Program-made: the position numbers and the translations under genes
The notes under the pieces: generated by a model
Told to the model about the DNA's origin: nothing
Database searches by the model: none
The model's input: the letters and a program-made list of their open reading frames with translations, nothing else
NCBI GenBank assembly: GCA_963760795.1
Contig: CAVXEP010000020.1
Span: forward strand, 128,001 to 192,000
Direction of reading: 5' to 3'
Source: an uncultured delta proteobacterium
GTDB taxonomy: Bacteria; Desulfobacterota; Binatia; UBA9968
Length of the DNA: 64,000 nucleotides
In this document: positions 23,533 through 34,796 of the stretch, piece by piece
How the letters are laid out: each line of letters starts with the position of its first letter
Position numbering within the stretch: the stretch's first letter is position 1

Positions 23533-23684
23533 CGTCAATCTCCTTTTGTTAGTGGTTTCCACCATCCGCCTCCAATCCTCTTACCTACTTAGACGCGTAA
23601 GGTGCAAAAAGTTTACACGCTGGCCATCAATCGGCCCATAAACGGCACTTGCAGCTCCAAGATGGCGATAACATGCCAATAAAA

Positions 23685-23710
23685 AAGGGATGCAGCTTTC
23701 TGCATCCCTT
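23685..23710 (-). terminator. Intrinsic terminator downstream of the cupin gene
   Basis: AAGGGATGCAG-CTTT-CTGCATCCCTT with an adjacent A-run (U-tract on the minus strand). Confidence 0.7.
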
Positions 23711-23809
23711 GGCGTCCGTTTTTGACCGGCGATGAATGCCGGCGGAGTAGCGATAACTTGTGTGTTCAGCCGCGTCCCATGGACCGGCACGATTCACATG
23801 TCGTTGTCA

Positions 23810-24799
23810 TCACTCGCCCTCTTCCCGATACAACGCCAGCGCTTCGGTCGATGGCCGGTCGCTGATCGAAAACAGGATAGCGTCGTCGCTCATGGGATTC
23901 TCGTGGGAGTGCCACATCCACGACGGCACGACGAAGATATCGCCCTGCTTCCAGGAGAATTCATTGGCCGACACTTTGGCCGTCCCTTGGCCGCGGAAGG
24001 CATAGTAAACCGTCGTACTGGTGTGGCGATGCGACTTGGTTTTTTCCTTGGGCCGCAGCAGTTGGATCGAACAGGAGCAGGTCGGCAGAGTGTGCCCGCC
24101 GTCCACCGGATTGGTATATTCCAAGAGAATGCCGTCGTAGGGATCGCCGGCGCTCTCTTTGAGCGCTTGCAAAGCAGCGTTGGTCTCGTCCCAGGGATAC
24201 CGGTAGGGCGGCGCTTGAAATTCATTCTTCACCCAGCTCGGCCGGGTATGGGAAAATACCTTCGACGACAGATTGTCGGGCTTTTCCAGCGGCTGCTGCT
24301 CTTTTTTGAAATTCTCTTGGATCATCGCGCCAAAGTGGGTCACTAGCCGCACATCCAAACCATCGAGCCACATCACCGGCTCGGTGGAATTGTTGAAGTG
24401 ATCATGCCAAGTCCAGTTGGGTGTGGTGATGAAATCGCCTTCGAACATCGGGAAGCGCTCGCCCTCGACGACGGTGTAAGCGTCGGAAGTGCCTTTAACG
24501 ACAAAGCGGATCGCCGCCGCGGTGTGGCGGTGCGCCGCAGCGATCTCGCCGGGCTTCACCAGCTGCACCGAGATATGCACGGTGTTGGTCATGCCGGCGG
24601 ACAGTCCCGGATTGCGCATCTGAACTGTCCGCCGCCCGGCCTCGCCGGTGGTGATCAGCTCGCCGGACCAGTTGAGCGCTTGCATGATCTCTTCGCCGTT
24701 CCACAAACAGGGCTTAACCGTCTGCGACCATTCCGAGTGTTCCCAATGGCCCTTTAAATTCCGCTCTTTCATCCACTGACTGAGTTCTTGCAGATCCAT
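23810..24799 (-). CDS. Gentisate 1,2-dioxygenase-like bicupin
   Basis: AAAHRHTAAAIRF, TPNWTWHDH, WLDGLD, HRHT and VPSWMWHSH motifs. Confidence 0.88.
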   Translation of the reverse strand: MDLQELSQWMKERNLKGHWEHSEWSQTVKPCLWNGEEIMQALNWSGELITTGEAGRRTVQMRNPGLSAGMTNTVHISVQLVKPGEIAAAHRHTAAAIRFVVKGTSDAYTVVEGERFPMFEGDFITTPNWTWHDHFNNSTEPVMWLDGLDVRLVTHFGAMIQENFKKEQQPLEKPDNLSSKVFSHTRPSWVKNEFQAPPYRYPWDETNAALQALKESAGDPYDGILLEYTNPVDGGHTLPTCSCSIQLLRPKEKTKSHRHTSTTVYYAFRGQGTAKVSANEFSWKQGDIFVVPSWMWHSHENPMSDDAILFSISDRPSTEALALYREEGE

Positions 24800-25068
24800 A
24801 GCTTCCTCCCGTGCCGACCAGCGTTACCCTTGAGCTTGTTCAATACAAACGGCGCGCTGCGCTGTCAAGTCAAGCGCATCAGGCAATAGCGCAGTTGAGC
24901 CACAAGAAAGAGCAGGAAGGTTCACCACAAAGTACATGGTTCGACGACGCTCACCACAGACTACGATCATAGAGATCAAGATTGGGATTCGGAATGTTGG
25001 CCGCAAAGAACGCAAATAGGATTCGGATAAGAATATAGATTGACAGGCTAAGACGACTGTGGAAACTG

Positions 25069-26327
25069 ATGCCAGTTATGAAAGGCTATTGGTTCAGGGG
25101 AGGCTTTCTCTGGCTTCGATCAGTCGGCCTACTCGGCCTTTTGATATTTTCCGGTTGCTTGATCGACCGGATCGGCGGTGCGTTCACGCAAAAGCCCGAG
25201 GATCTCGAACAAAAAGCTGCGGACGCAACTAAAAAACTCATCGACCATGCCTTCGATGACATCGACCCGGCCCGGCTCGTCGACTTCCACACCCATGTGA
25301 TCGCCATCGGCACCAGCGTCAAAGACGCGTTTATCAATTCGAAGATGCGCAGCGGAATAAATCTGCAACGGTTCAAGTTTCTCATCTACGCCAGCGCCGC
25401 CGATGTCAAGAACTTCGACAACGCGGATCAAGAATACCTGACTCGCCTGGTCCGCCTCGCGCGCTCGACCAAACGCCAAGGCAAATACCGCATCCTGGCG
25501 TTCGACAAACACTACACGACCCGACGGCACAGTAGATTTGACCAAGACCACCATGTATGTGCCCAACGATTACGTCGTCGAGCTGGCGCGCCAGTACGCC
25601 GATGTGTTTCTACCGGTGATTTCGCTGCACCCGTATCGACCGGACGCGATCGACGAATTGGACAGATGGGGCAAGGCGGGCGTGAAGTACATAAAATGGC
25701 TGCCCAACGCCATGGGCATGGACCCGGCGAATAAAGCCATCGAGCCGTTTTACCGCAAGATGAAAGAACACAACATGATCCTCTTGTCCCACGGCGGCGA
25801 CGAGCAAGCGGTCGAAGCCGAGGAGGATCAAAAACTCGGCAATCCGCTGAGACTGCGCAAACCATTGGACATGGGCATCCGGGTCATCATCGCTCACGCC
25901 GCCAGCCTCGGCAGCTGCGCCGATCTCGACAGCGGCGGAGACAAGAAAGCCAACTGCTTCGATCTATTTCCTGCGTTTGATGGATGAAGCGAAATATCGC
26001 GGCTTGCTCTTCGGCGAGATCTCGGCGATGCTGCAATTCAATCGCATGCCCGGGCCATTCTCGACGCTGCTCAAACGCCAAGACCTGCACCCACGCCTGG
26101 TCAACGGCAGCGATTACCCGTTGCCGGCGATCAATGCGTTGATTCGCACAAGGTCGCTGGCCAGCGACGGATTTATCACCGGCGAAGAGCGCACCGCGCT
26201 CAATGAGATCTATGATTACAACCCGCTGCTGTTCGATTTCGTCTTGAAGCGCACCATGCGCCATCCGGAAACCAAGCAAAAGCTCGCGCCATCGGTGTTC
26301 ATGGAAAATCCCGGGCTGGAGAACTGA
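25069..26327 (+). CDS. Exported amidohydrolase family protein; frameshifts near 25515 and 25965
   Basis: DFHTH, SLHPYR, KWLP, IIAH and NGSDYP motifs; lipobox-like FSGC. Confidence 0.78.
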
Positions 26328-26334
26328 CGAAGCG

Positions 26335-26400
26335 TTGGAGTAATAGAGTACTGGAGTGATGGACTGGTCCGAAAAACCCATTACTCCGACACTCCATTCT
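26335..26400. repeat. GGAGTA/TACTCC 8-mer periodic palindrome
   Basis: TTGGAGTAATAGAGTACTGGAGTGATGG ... CCATTACTCCGACACTCCATT. Confidence 0.65.
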
Positions 26401-26403
26401 TCG

Positions 26404-27633
<1,230 letters not shown>

Positions 27634-27766
27634 GATTCGTTCCCCTGTAATGGCGGTAGCGTATCAGCGCGATGTCATGTCTCGTTACCCGTCATATCAC
27701 CTAGTATCTCAGAAAATTATTTCTCAGCAATCGAGGTTCACCATGGTACAGGCGAAGAAAGCGACT

Positions 27767-27847
27767 GTCCAAACTGGCGAATTCTTTTCGATCTTAAAGC
27801 CGTCAGGGTGCGGCAAGTCACCATTGCTCAGAATCATCAGCGGGCTG
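27767..27847 (+). pseudogene. Degenerate duplicate of the Walker A region of the downstream ABC ATPase
   Basis: VQTGEFFSILKPSGCGKSPLLRIISGL versus VQSGEFFSIIGPSGCGKSTLLRIIGGL (28130-28210), 22 of 27 aa identical. Confidence 0.7.
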
Positions 27848-27939
27848 CGTTTGCGGCTCGGCCCCGCTCGACCAATACCTTGACTTATCCCTGACTAATC
27901 TTTCTCCCGATCCGCCTCTCACACGCCTCTCGTTTCTCC

Positions 27940-27968
27940 TTGACGCCCCCCAACTTTCCGCCTATTTT
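27940..27968 (+). promoter_or_regulatory. Putative sigma70 promoter of the ABC operon
   Basis: TTGACG-17 nt-TATTTT. Confidence 0.5.
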
Positions 27969-28033
27969 AAGCCACCTTATCTCGGAGGCCAGTTTTGCGG
28001 CTACGAAGCAACACACCAATTTAAAACTCATTC

Positions 28034-28828
28034 ATGACGATCTTAACCCTGCGCAACGTCAACAAAGTCTTTGGCGACCCCGACAACGGGGCGGCGTTGG
28101 TGCCGGCGGTGGACAATGTTTCTCTCGACGTCCAGTCCGGAGAGTTTTTTTCGATCATCGGACCTTCGGGTTGCGGCAAGTCGACACTACTCCGAATCAT
28201 CGGCGGCTTGATTCCGGCAACTTCCGGCGAATTGACCGTGGGAACAGAGAGAGTCACCGGCCCGCATCCTTGGCTTGGCATGGTGTTCCAAGAGGAGTCG
28301 ACCTTCCCCTGGCGCACGACGTTAGGCAACGTTGAGTTCGGCTTGGAAATGCGCGGCGTGGCGCCGGATGAGCGGCGGCGCAAGGCCAAGGAAATGATCG
28401 GTCTGGTCGGCTTGTCGGGATTTGACGAGCGTTATCCGTCGGAACTCTCCGGCGGCATGAAGCAGCGGGTCGCCATCGCCCGCGCGCTGGTGCTCGAGCC
28501 CAAGATCCTGCTGATGGACGAACCCTTCGGTGCCCTCGACGAGCAGACGCGCATCATTCTCGGCGAAGAGCTCATGCGCATTCGCGATCAGTTGAAGCAA
28601 ACGATTATTCTGGTAACCCACAATATCAACGAGTCGGTGCAGCTTTCCGACCGGGTCATGATCATGACCGCCCGGCCGGGCCGGGTAAAAGAAATCGTCG
28701 CCATCGACTTGCCGCAGCCGCGCGACTCGTCGATCATCGCTTCGGACCGCTTCGGCAAATTGGTCGCGCAGGTCTGGAACGCGCTCCGAGAAGAATCGAT
28801 CAAGAGTTTCAAACAGCAAAACATTTAA
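28034..28828 (+). CDS. ABC ATP-binding protein, SsuB/TauB/NrtD family
   Basis: GPSGCGKST, LSGGMKQR, LMDEPFGALD and VTH motifs. Confidence 0.95.
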   Translation: MTILTLRNVNKVFGDPDNGAALVPAVDNVSLDVQSGEFFSIIGPSGCGKSTLLRIIGGLIPATSGELTVGTERVTGPHPWLGMVFQEESTFPWRTTLGNVEFGLEMRGVAPDERRRKAKEMIGLVGLSGFDERYPSELSGGMKQRVAIARALVLEPKILLMDEPFGALDEQTRIILGEELMRIRDQLKQTIILVTHNINESVQLSDRVMIMTARPGRVKEIVAIDLPQPRDSSIIASDRFGKLVAQVWNALREESIKSFKQQNI

Positions 28829-28840
28829 GGAGAATCCGCC

Positions 28841-29846
28841 ATGAACAAATATTTATCGCAGTTCGGCAAATGGCTCGTGATCGCGGGCGCGGCCTTCTTC
28901 GCTGTCACCGCCGCGTCCTCCGCCTGGGCGGCCGCCGCGCGCACGAAAATCATCGTCGTCGTGCCCCATCGGATTCTGTTCACCGTCGCCCTGCCGGTCT
29001 ACATCGCCCAGGAAAAAGGCTTTTACCGCGACGCCAATCTCGACGTCGACGCCGTGTTTACCCGCGGTGGCGGCGAGAACGTGCAAGCGGTGGTCTCGGG
29101 CGACGCGCAGATCGGTCTCGGCACCGGCACCTTGGCGGTGATCAGCGCGTTCGTAAAAAAGGCGCCGGTCAAAATCGCCGCCGCTGAGATCACCGGCATG
29201 GACGCCTTCTGGTACGTGCCGGCAAACACTCCGATGCGCAAGCTCGAAGATCTCGCGGGTAAAAAAGTCGCTTACAGCCGTCCCGGCGCTTCGAGCCACA
29301 TGGCGGTCTTGGGAATCGCGGAACAGATCAAGGCAAAGGGATTGAAACCCGCCGAGCCGGTTTCGCTCGGAGGTATCCCAGAAGTCTATACGGCTCTGCG
29401 CACCGGTCAGACCGACGCCGCCTGGTCGGTAGCGCCGTTCCAGTTGGACCGCGTCGAGAAAGGCGAGCTTCGCGTCGTCGTCAAAGGCGATGAGATCGTA
29501 TCGATGCGCGATCAGTCGGCTCGGGTGCATTTTACCAACAACGATTTTGCCGCGAAGAACCCCGACGTCGTGCGCGGTTTTTTCCGCGCCCAGCAGCGCG
29601 CCCTCGACTACATGTTCGCGAATAAAGAGGAAACCGCCAAGATATGGATTCGCCGCGCTGAACTTAAATTTCCCGAATCCGCCGTGCTCGCCACCTGGGA
29701 CTACTACAACCGGGCAGCGATGAATTTGAAACCGATCCGCGGCCTGCAAACGATCATCGACGACGGCATCAGAAACAAATTTCTTAAACGCGCCGCTGAC
29801 GCCGGCGGAGCTCAACGCCCTAGTCGACCTGAGCTTCCTGCCGTAG
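28841..29846 (+). CDS. ABC substrate-binding protein, NMT1 family; frameshift near 29790
   Basis: YIAQEKGFY, GGGENVQA; true C-terminus LVDLSFLP* lies in the shifted frame. Confidence 0.85.
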
Positions 29847-29873
29847 GAACGGGAAGAAGCAGAATCAAGAGGA

Positions 29874-29939
29874 TTGGCCGCAAAAAACGCAAAAGCCGCA
29901 TAGAGATTCCTTTGCGAACTTTGCGTCCTTTGCGGCCGA
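29874..29939. repeat. GGCCGCAAA...TTTGCGGCC palindromic repeat
   Basis: TTGGCCGCAAAAAACGCAAAAG ... CTTTGCGAACTTTGCGTCCTTTGCGGCC. Confidence 0.7.
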
Positions 29940-29952
29940 CACAGTCCGAATC

Positions 29953-30699
29953 ATGTCTGAAAGCACGAGACTCACCGCCTGGCGGCTGGGCATTATCTTC
30001 GGCGCGCTCTTGCTCGTCGAAACCGCGGTGCGCGGCGGCTGGATCAGCACGTTTTTTCTCGCCGCGCCGACGCGCGCGGTCATCGTGCTCTGGCAACAAC
30101 TGTTGCATGGCAATGCGCTCTCGCTAACCGGCATCACGCTTTTCGAGATCGCCGCCTGTCTGGTCATTTCCACCATCTTCGGCGTCCTTGCCGGCTTCAT
30201 TCTCTGGCGCTACAAGCTCATCGGGACCAGTTACGAAATGCCGCTCGCCGCGCTCTTCTCCTCGCCGATCATTCTTGCTTACCCGATCTTTCTCGTTACC
30301 TTCGGCCGCACCAGCGCCGCGGTGATCGCGCTGTCGTCGATCTTCGGCTTGATTCCGATCATCATGAACACCAAAGGGGCTTTTCAGAACGTCAATCCGA
30401 TCTTGCTGCAGGTCGGCGCCAGCATGAATCTGTCGCGCCAGCAGATGTTCCGCCATATCTTGATCCCCGCCGTCGCGCCGACGATCTTCAGCGGCTTTCG
30501 TTTGGCGCTCACCTATATTTTGAAATCGGTTCTCGGCCTGGAATATGTCGCTCAGGTCGGCGGCGTCGGCATGTGGCTGTCCGACGCGTCGTACAAGTTC
30601 GAAATCGAAGAAGTCTACGCCGGCCTGTTCGGCACCATCTCGCTGTCGATTTTGTTTCTGTATTTAATCAACCGTTGCGAACTTTGGTTCAGGAAGTAA
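29953..30699 (+). CDS. ABC permease, SsuC/TauC family
   Basis: About 6 TM segments; EAA-like loop followed by HILIPAVAPTIFSG. Confidence 0.9.
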   Translation: MSESTRLTAWRLGIIFGALLLVETAVRGGWISTFFLAAPTRAVIVLWQQLLHGNALSLTGITLFEIAACLVISTIFGVLAGFILWRYKLIGTSYEMPLAALFSSPIILAYPIFLVTFGRTSAAVIALSSIFGLIPIIMNTKGAFQNVNPILLQVGASMNLSRQQMFRHILIPAVAPTIFSGFRLALTYILKSVLGLEYVAQVGGVGMWLSDASYKFEIEEVYAGLFGTISLSILFLYLINRCELWFRK

Positions 30700-30701
30700 C
30701 C

Positions 30702-31517
30702 ATGGCCCACGCACAACCCAACCCCTCGGCCCTCGCGGCGACAATGCACACGCCATTTGGCGTTCAGGCGCTCACGCTGCTCGGCCTGATCGCCATCTGG
30801 GAGTTCATCGGTCGCAGCGGCTTATTGTTCCCCGAGCTCTTTCCGTCGATCGTGGAAATCCTCCAATCCCTCTGGATCTACGTCACCACGCCGGTCATGC
30901 TGCCGCATCTAAAGGCCAGCCTCTATGAAGTCGGCGGAGCGATCGCCGTCGCCGCCCTCAGCGGCATTCCGCTGGGCATCCTCTGGGGCAGCAAGCGCAG
31001 CTGGTTGGAGATCGTCGAGCCGCTGATTCTCTACGCCGCCGTGGTGCCCAAGATCGTGATCTTCCCGGTGTTCATTTTGTTTCTCGGCATCGACGTTCAA
31101 TCCAAACTCGCGGTCGGCGCCATCGCCGCGTTCTTTCCGATTTCGCTGCTGACCATCGCCGGCATGCGCGAAGTAAAAAAGGTTTACGTCGACGTCGCCC
31201 GCACCATCGGCGCCAGTCCGATGCAGATCGCGAAAAATGTCTATCTCCCGGCCATCGCCGGCCAAGTCTTCACCGGTATTAGAATCGGTCTCGGCGCCGC
31301 CGTCACCGGCGCGCTGCTCGCGGAAACGAAAATCGCCAAAGCCGGCTTGGGCTTCATGATCGTCGAGTACTACGGCCAGTTCCGCATCGCCGATATGTAC
31401 TCGCTGCTCCTGTTCATCTTTATCCTCGCCTCGCTGGCCAACTGGGCGATGAAGTCGCTGTTCGGCGTGCTATCCCCGGTGTCACGCAAGAGCGGCGATG
31501 CCGGGATGTATTTTTAA
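30702..31517 (+). CDS. ABC permease, SsuC/TauC family
   Basis: VARTIGAS...VYLPA and GALLAE motifs. Confidence 0.9.
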   Translation: MAHAQPNPSALAATMHTPFGVQALTLLGLIAIWEFIGRSGLLFPELFPSIVEILQSLWIYVTTPVMLPHLKASLYEVGGAIAVAALSGIPLGILWGSKRSWLEIVEPLILYAAVVPKIVIFPVFILFLGIDVQSKLAVGAIAAFFPISLLTIAGMREVKKVYVDVARTIGASPMQIAKNVYLPAIAGQVFTGIRIGLGAAVTGALLAETKIAKAGLGFMIVEYYGQFRIADMYSLLLFIFILASLANWAMKSLFGVLSPVSRKSGDAGMYF

Positions 31518-31552
31518 CTGCGCGCTTTGAAGTAAATTGGAAAAGAGGTTTT

Positions 31553-31632
31553 CACCACGGAGATCACGAAGGACACGAAGGTTTTGGATGATTCAAATTC
31601 CGAACTTCGTTATCTTCGTGTCCTTCGTGGTG
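31553..31632. repeat. CACCACG..CGTGGTG palindromic repeat
   Basis: CACCACGGAGATCACGAAGGACACGAAG ... CTTCGTTATCTTCGTGTCCTTCGTGGTG. Confidence 0.8.
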
Positions 31633-31648
31633 TAAGGAATTCCCACAT

Positions 31649-32663
31649 TTGAAGAGGTTTACGTTGTCAAAACATGGCCGTGCAATTCTACTGCGTTTGC
31701 TGATATTAATTCTCGGCGCGCCGGCGCTGCTTTGCGCCCAGGAGCGCTACATCGCCAGCTACGCCGGCTTTGCCGGCTTTCAAGCGCCGCTCTGGGCGGC
31801 GCAGGATTTTGGCTTGCTCGCCAAGTACAACATCAACTTGGATCTGGTCATGATCCCCGGCTCGGCGCGCGGCGCTCAGGCGCTGATCGGCGGTAGCACT
31901 CATTTTGGCCAGATCGACGGCACCGCGCTGATCAGCGCCATCAATCAGGGCGCCGATCTGGTCTTCATCGGCGCGTCGTTGAATAAATTTCCATTCAGCT
32001 TGGTTACGCAGAAGAGTATTCGCCGGCCGGCAGATTTGATCGGTAAGAAAGTCGGCATGGTGAGCTTCGGCGGCGCCCATGAAGTGTCGTTGGTGTTAGC
32101 GCTAAGAGAATGGAATATCCCGCGCCAGTCGGTCACGCTGCTGGCCAGCGGCCCAGCGGCTAATCGTTTGATCGCGCTGTCGAGCGGCGCTCTGGACGCG
32201 ACGCTGCTGGCGCCGCCGGAGACCGGTGAAGCGGTACGGCTGGGCCTGCCGACGCTGGCCAACATGACCGATCTTGAAAGGCGCTGCGTTTCCGATGAAC
32301 GTCATCGCCGCGCGCCGTTCCTTCGTCGAGAAAAACCGCGATATGGTCAAGCGCTTCATGCAGGCCTACAGCGAGGCGACCTACCAGTTCATCGCCAACA
32401 AGGAGAAGTCGACAGCGATGTATACAAGTAGGATGAAGCAGAAAAACCCCGCCGTGGTCGACGAGACCTATCAGTATTTCGCCAAGTCCTTCTCATCTCC
32501 GCCCCGCGTCTCCCATGAAGGCATGCGCCTCGCTCTCGACATGCTCGCCCAGCGCAATCCGGAAACCAAACTCGACATGAATATCGCCAAATATGTCGAC
32601 GAGCGCATCTTGGACGAGCTCGAGCGCGATGGTTTTTTTAAACGCATCGCCACCAAGGGCTAA
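31649..32663 (+). CDS. ABC substrate-binding protein, NMT1 family; frameshift near 32275
   Basis: PLWAAQDFGL, LIGKKVG; C-terminal YVDERILDELERDGF. Confidence 0.83.
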
Positions 32664-32695
32664 CCTAGTTTGTAATAACGAGGAATGCAGTTCTT

Positions 32696-32763
32696 ACCAC
32701 GAAGCGCGAACAAAGTTCGGAACATAATTCCCGAACCCTTCGGGTCCTTCGTGCCTTCGTGGT
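32696..32763. repeat. ACCACGAAG...CTTCGTGGT palindromic repeat
   Basis: Same family as 20447 and 31553. Confidence 0.75.
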
Positions 32764-32833
32764 GAACGGGCATTTCGCGGGCATTTGAGCTCGGCCGCAA
32801 AGGCTGCTGCAACCTCATCGCGTTCAGCGTAGA

Positions 32834-33598
32834 ATGCCGAGCATGAGACGAATACTGATCTGGATTCGCCGCACGGTTGGCACGACCAAGATAGCGCGTC
32901 TACTGCACCGCCATTTGCCGTCGAGCAAGCGCTGCAAGGAATGCCTAGTGCCCTTCTTGGGCATCTTCGCCGTGCCTTATCAGCTGCTGCAGATTCGCCC
33001 GTCGCGCAAGAATCCCCATCTCTGTACCCTCTGATACGAGCTTGCTCCTCCGGGCGGGGAGACGAAAAACATCTCGGTCATGTTCGTCGACATCCGTGGC
33101 TACACCTCGCTGGTGGAACAGATGGAGCCCGTAGCAGTGGCGGCGCGGCTCAATCACTTCTACGAAATCGCCACCCAGGCGATCTTTCGCCATGACGGCA
33201 CCCTCGACAAGCTGGTCGGCGACGAAGTCATGGCGTTCTTCGGCGCGCCTCTGAATTGGCGGGATCATCCACAGCGCGCCGTGACCGCCGCATTGGAAAT
33301 CCTGCGCGGCGTTGCCGCATTGCCGGAGAAAGACCGTCTAGAGATCGGCATCGGCATTAGCACCGGCCCGGCCTTTGTCGGCAATGTCGGCGGCAAAGAC
33401 TTCACCGACTATACGGTCCTCGGCGATACCGTCAACGTAGCCGCGCGGCTCCAAGGCGCCGCCGCGCCAAGTGAAATATTGCTCACCCAAGATTCCTTCG
33501 ATCCGGTCGCCCGGCAGTTTCCCAAGGCGACGCGCCGCGAGCTTGAACTCAAAGGCAAGACCGAACCGGTGGTCGCCTGGGAGATCGCCCGCGAGTAG
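32834..33598 (+). CDS. Class III adenylate cyclase with N-terminal CxxC...CxxU ribbon; in-frame TGA at 33032-33034 (putative selenocysteine)
   Basis: ORFs 32834-33034 and 33080-33598 are in the same frame, separated only by TGA: RCKEC...NPHLCTL*YELAPPGGETKNISVMFVDIRG; catalytic DKLVGD and YTVLGDTVNVAARL motifs. Confidence 0.8.
33045..33061 (+). promoter_or_regulatory. Putative bacterial SECIS hairpin
   Basis: CTCC-(T bulge)-CC-GGGC-GG-GGAG; stem follows a 10-nt spacer after the TGA and the loop starts with G. Confidence 0.55.
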
Positions 33599-33605
33599 TC
33601 TATGA

Positions 33606-33635
33606 TTGACAGCTACTCATCCTGTCCATTAGTGT
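33606..33635 (+). promoter_or_regulatory. Putative sigma70 promoter
   Basis: TTGACA-18 nt-TAGTGT. Confidence 0.4.
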
Positions 33636-33665
33636 TAGGCCATTGAGTTCGAGTCGGAGGTAAAC

Positions 33666-34767
33666 ATGGATAGCGCAAGAAAAGAATTTGGTCATCGATG
33701 CCGATGCCCACGTCGTCGAATGCTTACGCACTTGGGATTTCATGGACAAGTCGGAGCAGCAGTATCGCCCGGTGCCGCTGGAGACGCGCGAGGAGGCCGG
33801 TGTGCGCCAGCAGTTCTGGGTCATCGACGGTAAAGTCCGCGGTTTTCGTTTCCCTGCGTTCTCGGACGACGAACTGGACAAACGCCAACAGCAGGTCGGC
33901 CGCAAATTCGCCGATCAACAAGCATCCCGTGAACTCGGCAACGTCGATTTGCGCTTGGAATATATGGACGCCACCGGTGTCGATGTCCAGGTGTTGCACA
34001 ATACCATTTTCATCGAATCCTGCGCCGATCGTCCGGCCGCCGACGTCGCGCTGTGCAAGAGTTGGAACCGCTGGCTCGCCGACATCTGGAAACAAAGCAA
34101 CGGCCGGCTGCGCTGGTCTTGCATGCCGCCGCTCCTCAGCATGCCAGATGCTTTAGATCAAATCCGCTGGGCCAAAGAGAACGGCGCCGTCGCCGTCTGC
34201 TTACGCCCGGTGGAAGGCAATCGCTTGCTCGCCGATCCTTATTTCTACCCGGTCTACGAAGAGGCGCAGAAGCTCGACATGGCGATCGCTATTCACATCG
34301 CCAACGGCAGCCCGTGGCTGAACGACCTGTACAATCATCCGACCCGCATCGCGGCAACGCTGCACCGCTTCCGCGTGCCGACGGTGGCGTCGTTCAACGA
34401 TATCCTGCTGAGCGAGATCCACGAGCAGTTTCCCAAGCTGCGCTTCGGCTTCATCGAAGCCAGCGCCCAGTGGGTGCCCTGGGTGATGCATGAAGCCAAG
34501 AACCGTTTCAAAACCATGGGCCGCAAGTTGCCCGACAACTTGCTCAAAGAGTACGGCATGTTTGTCACCTGCGAAAACTCCGATGACCTTCCCTACATCG
34601 TGCGCGAAGCCGGCGAGGATAATCTGGTCATCGGTACCGACTACGGCCACACCGATATCTCCAGCGATGTCGATGCGATCAGAATCTTTCGCCAGCGCAG
34701 CGACCTGACGCCGGCGGTCAAGGAGAAAATCTTGAGCGACAACTCGCGCGCGCTCTACGCGCTATGA
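33666..34767 (+). CDS. Amidohydrolase_2 family (decarboxylase/hydratase-like); 1-nt indel near the start
   Basis: IDADAHVVE, IAIH, FIEA and GTDYGH motifs; GGAGG RBS before ATG 33666. Confidence 0.88.
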
Positions 34768-34796
34768 GATCGGCATGATTCGCCGGGACAGGAACA

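Noticed and set aside
27634-27760. Sigma54 promoter or tRNA/Y RNA next to rtcB
   Set aside because: GG-GC spacing does not fit -24/-12, and no cloverleaf was seen.
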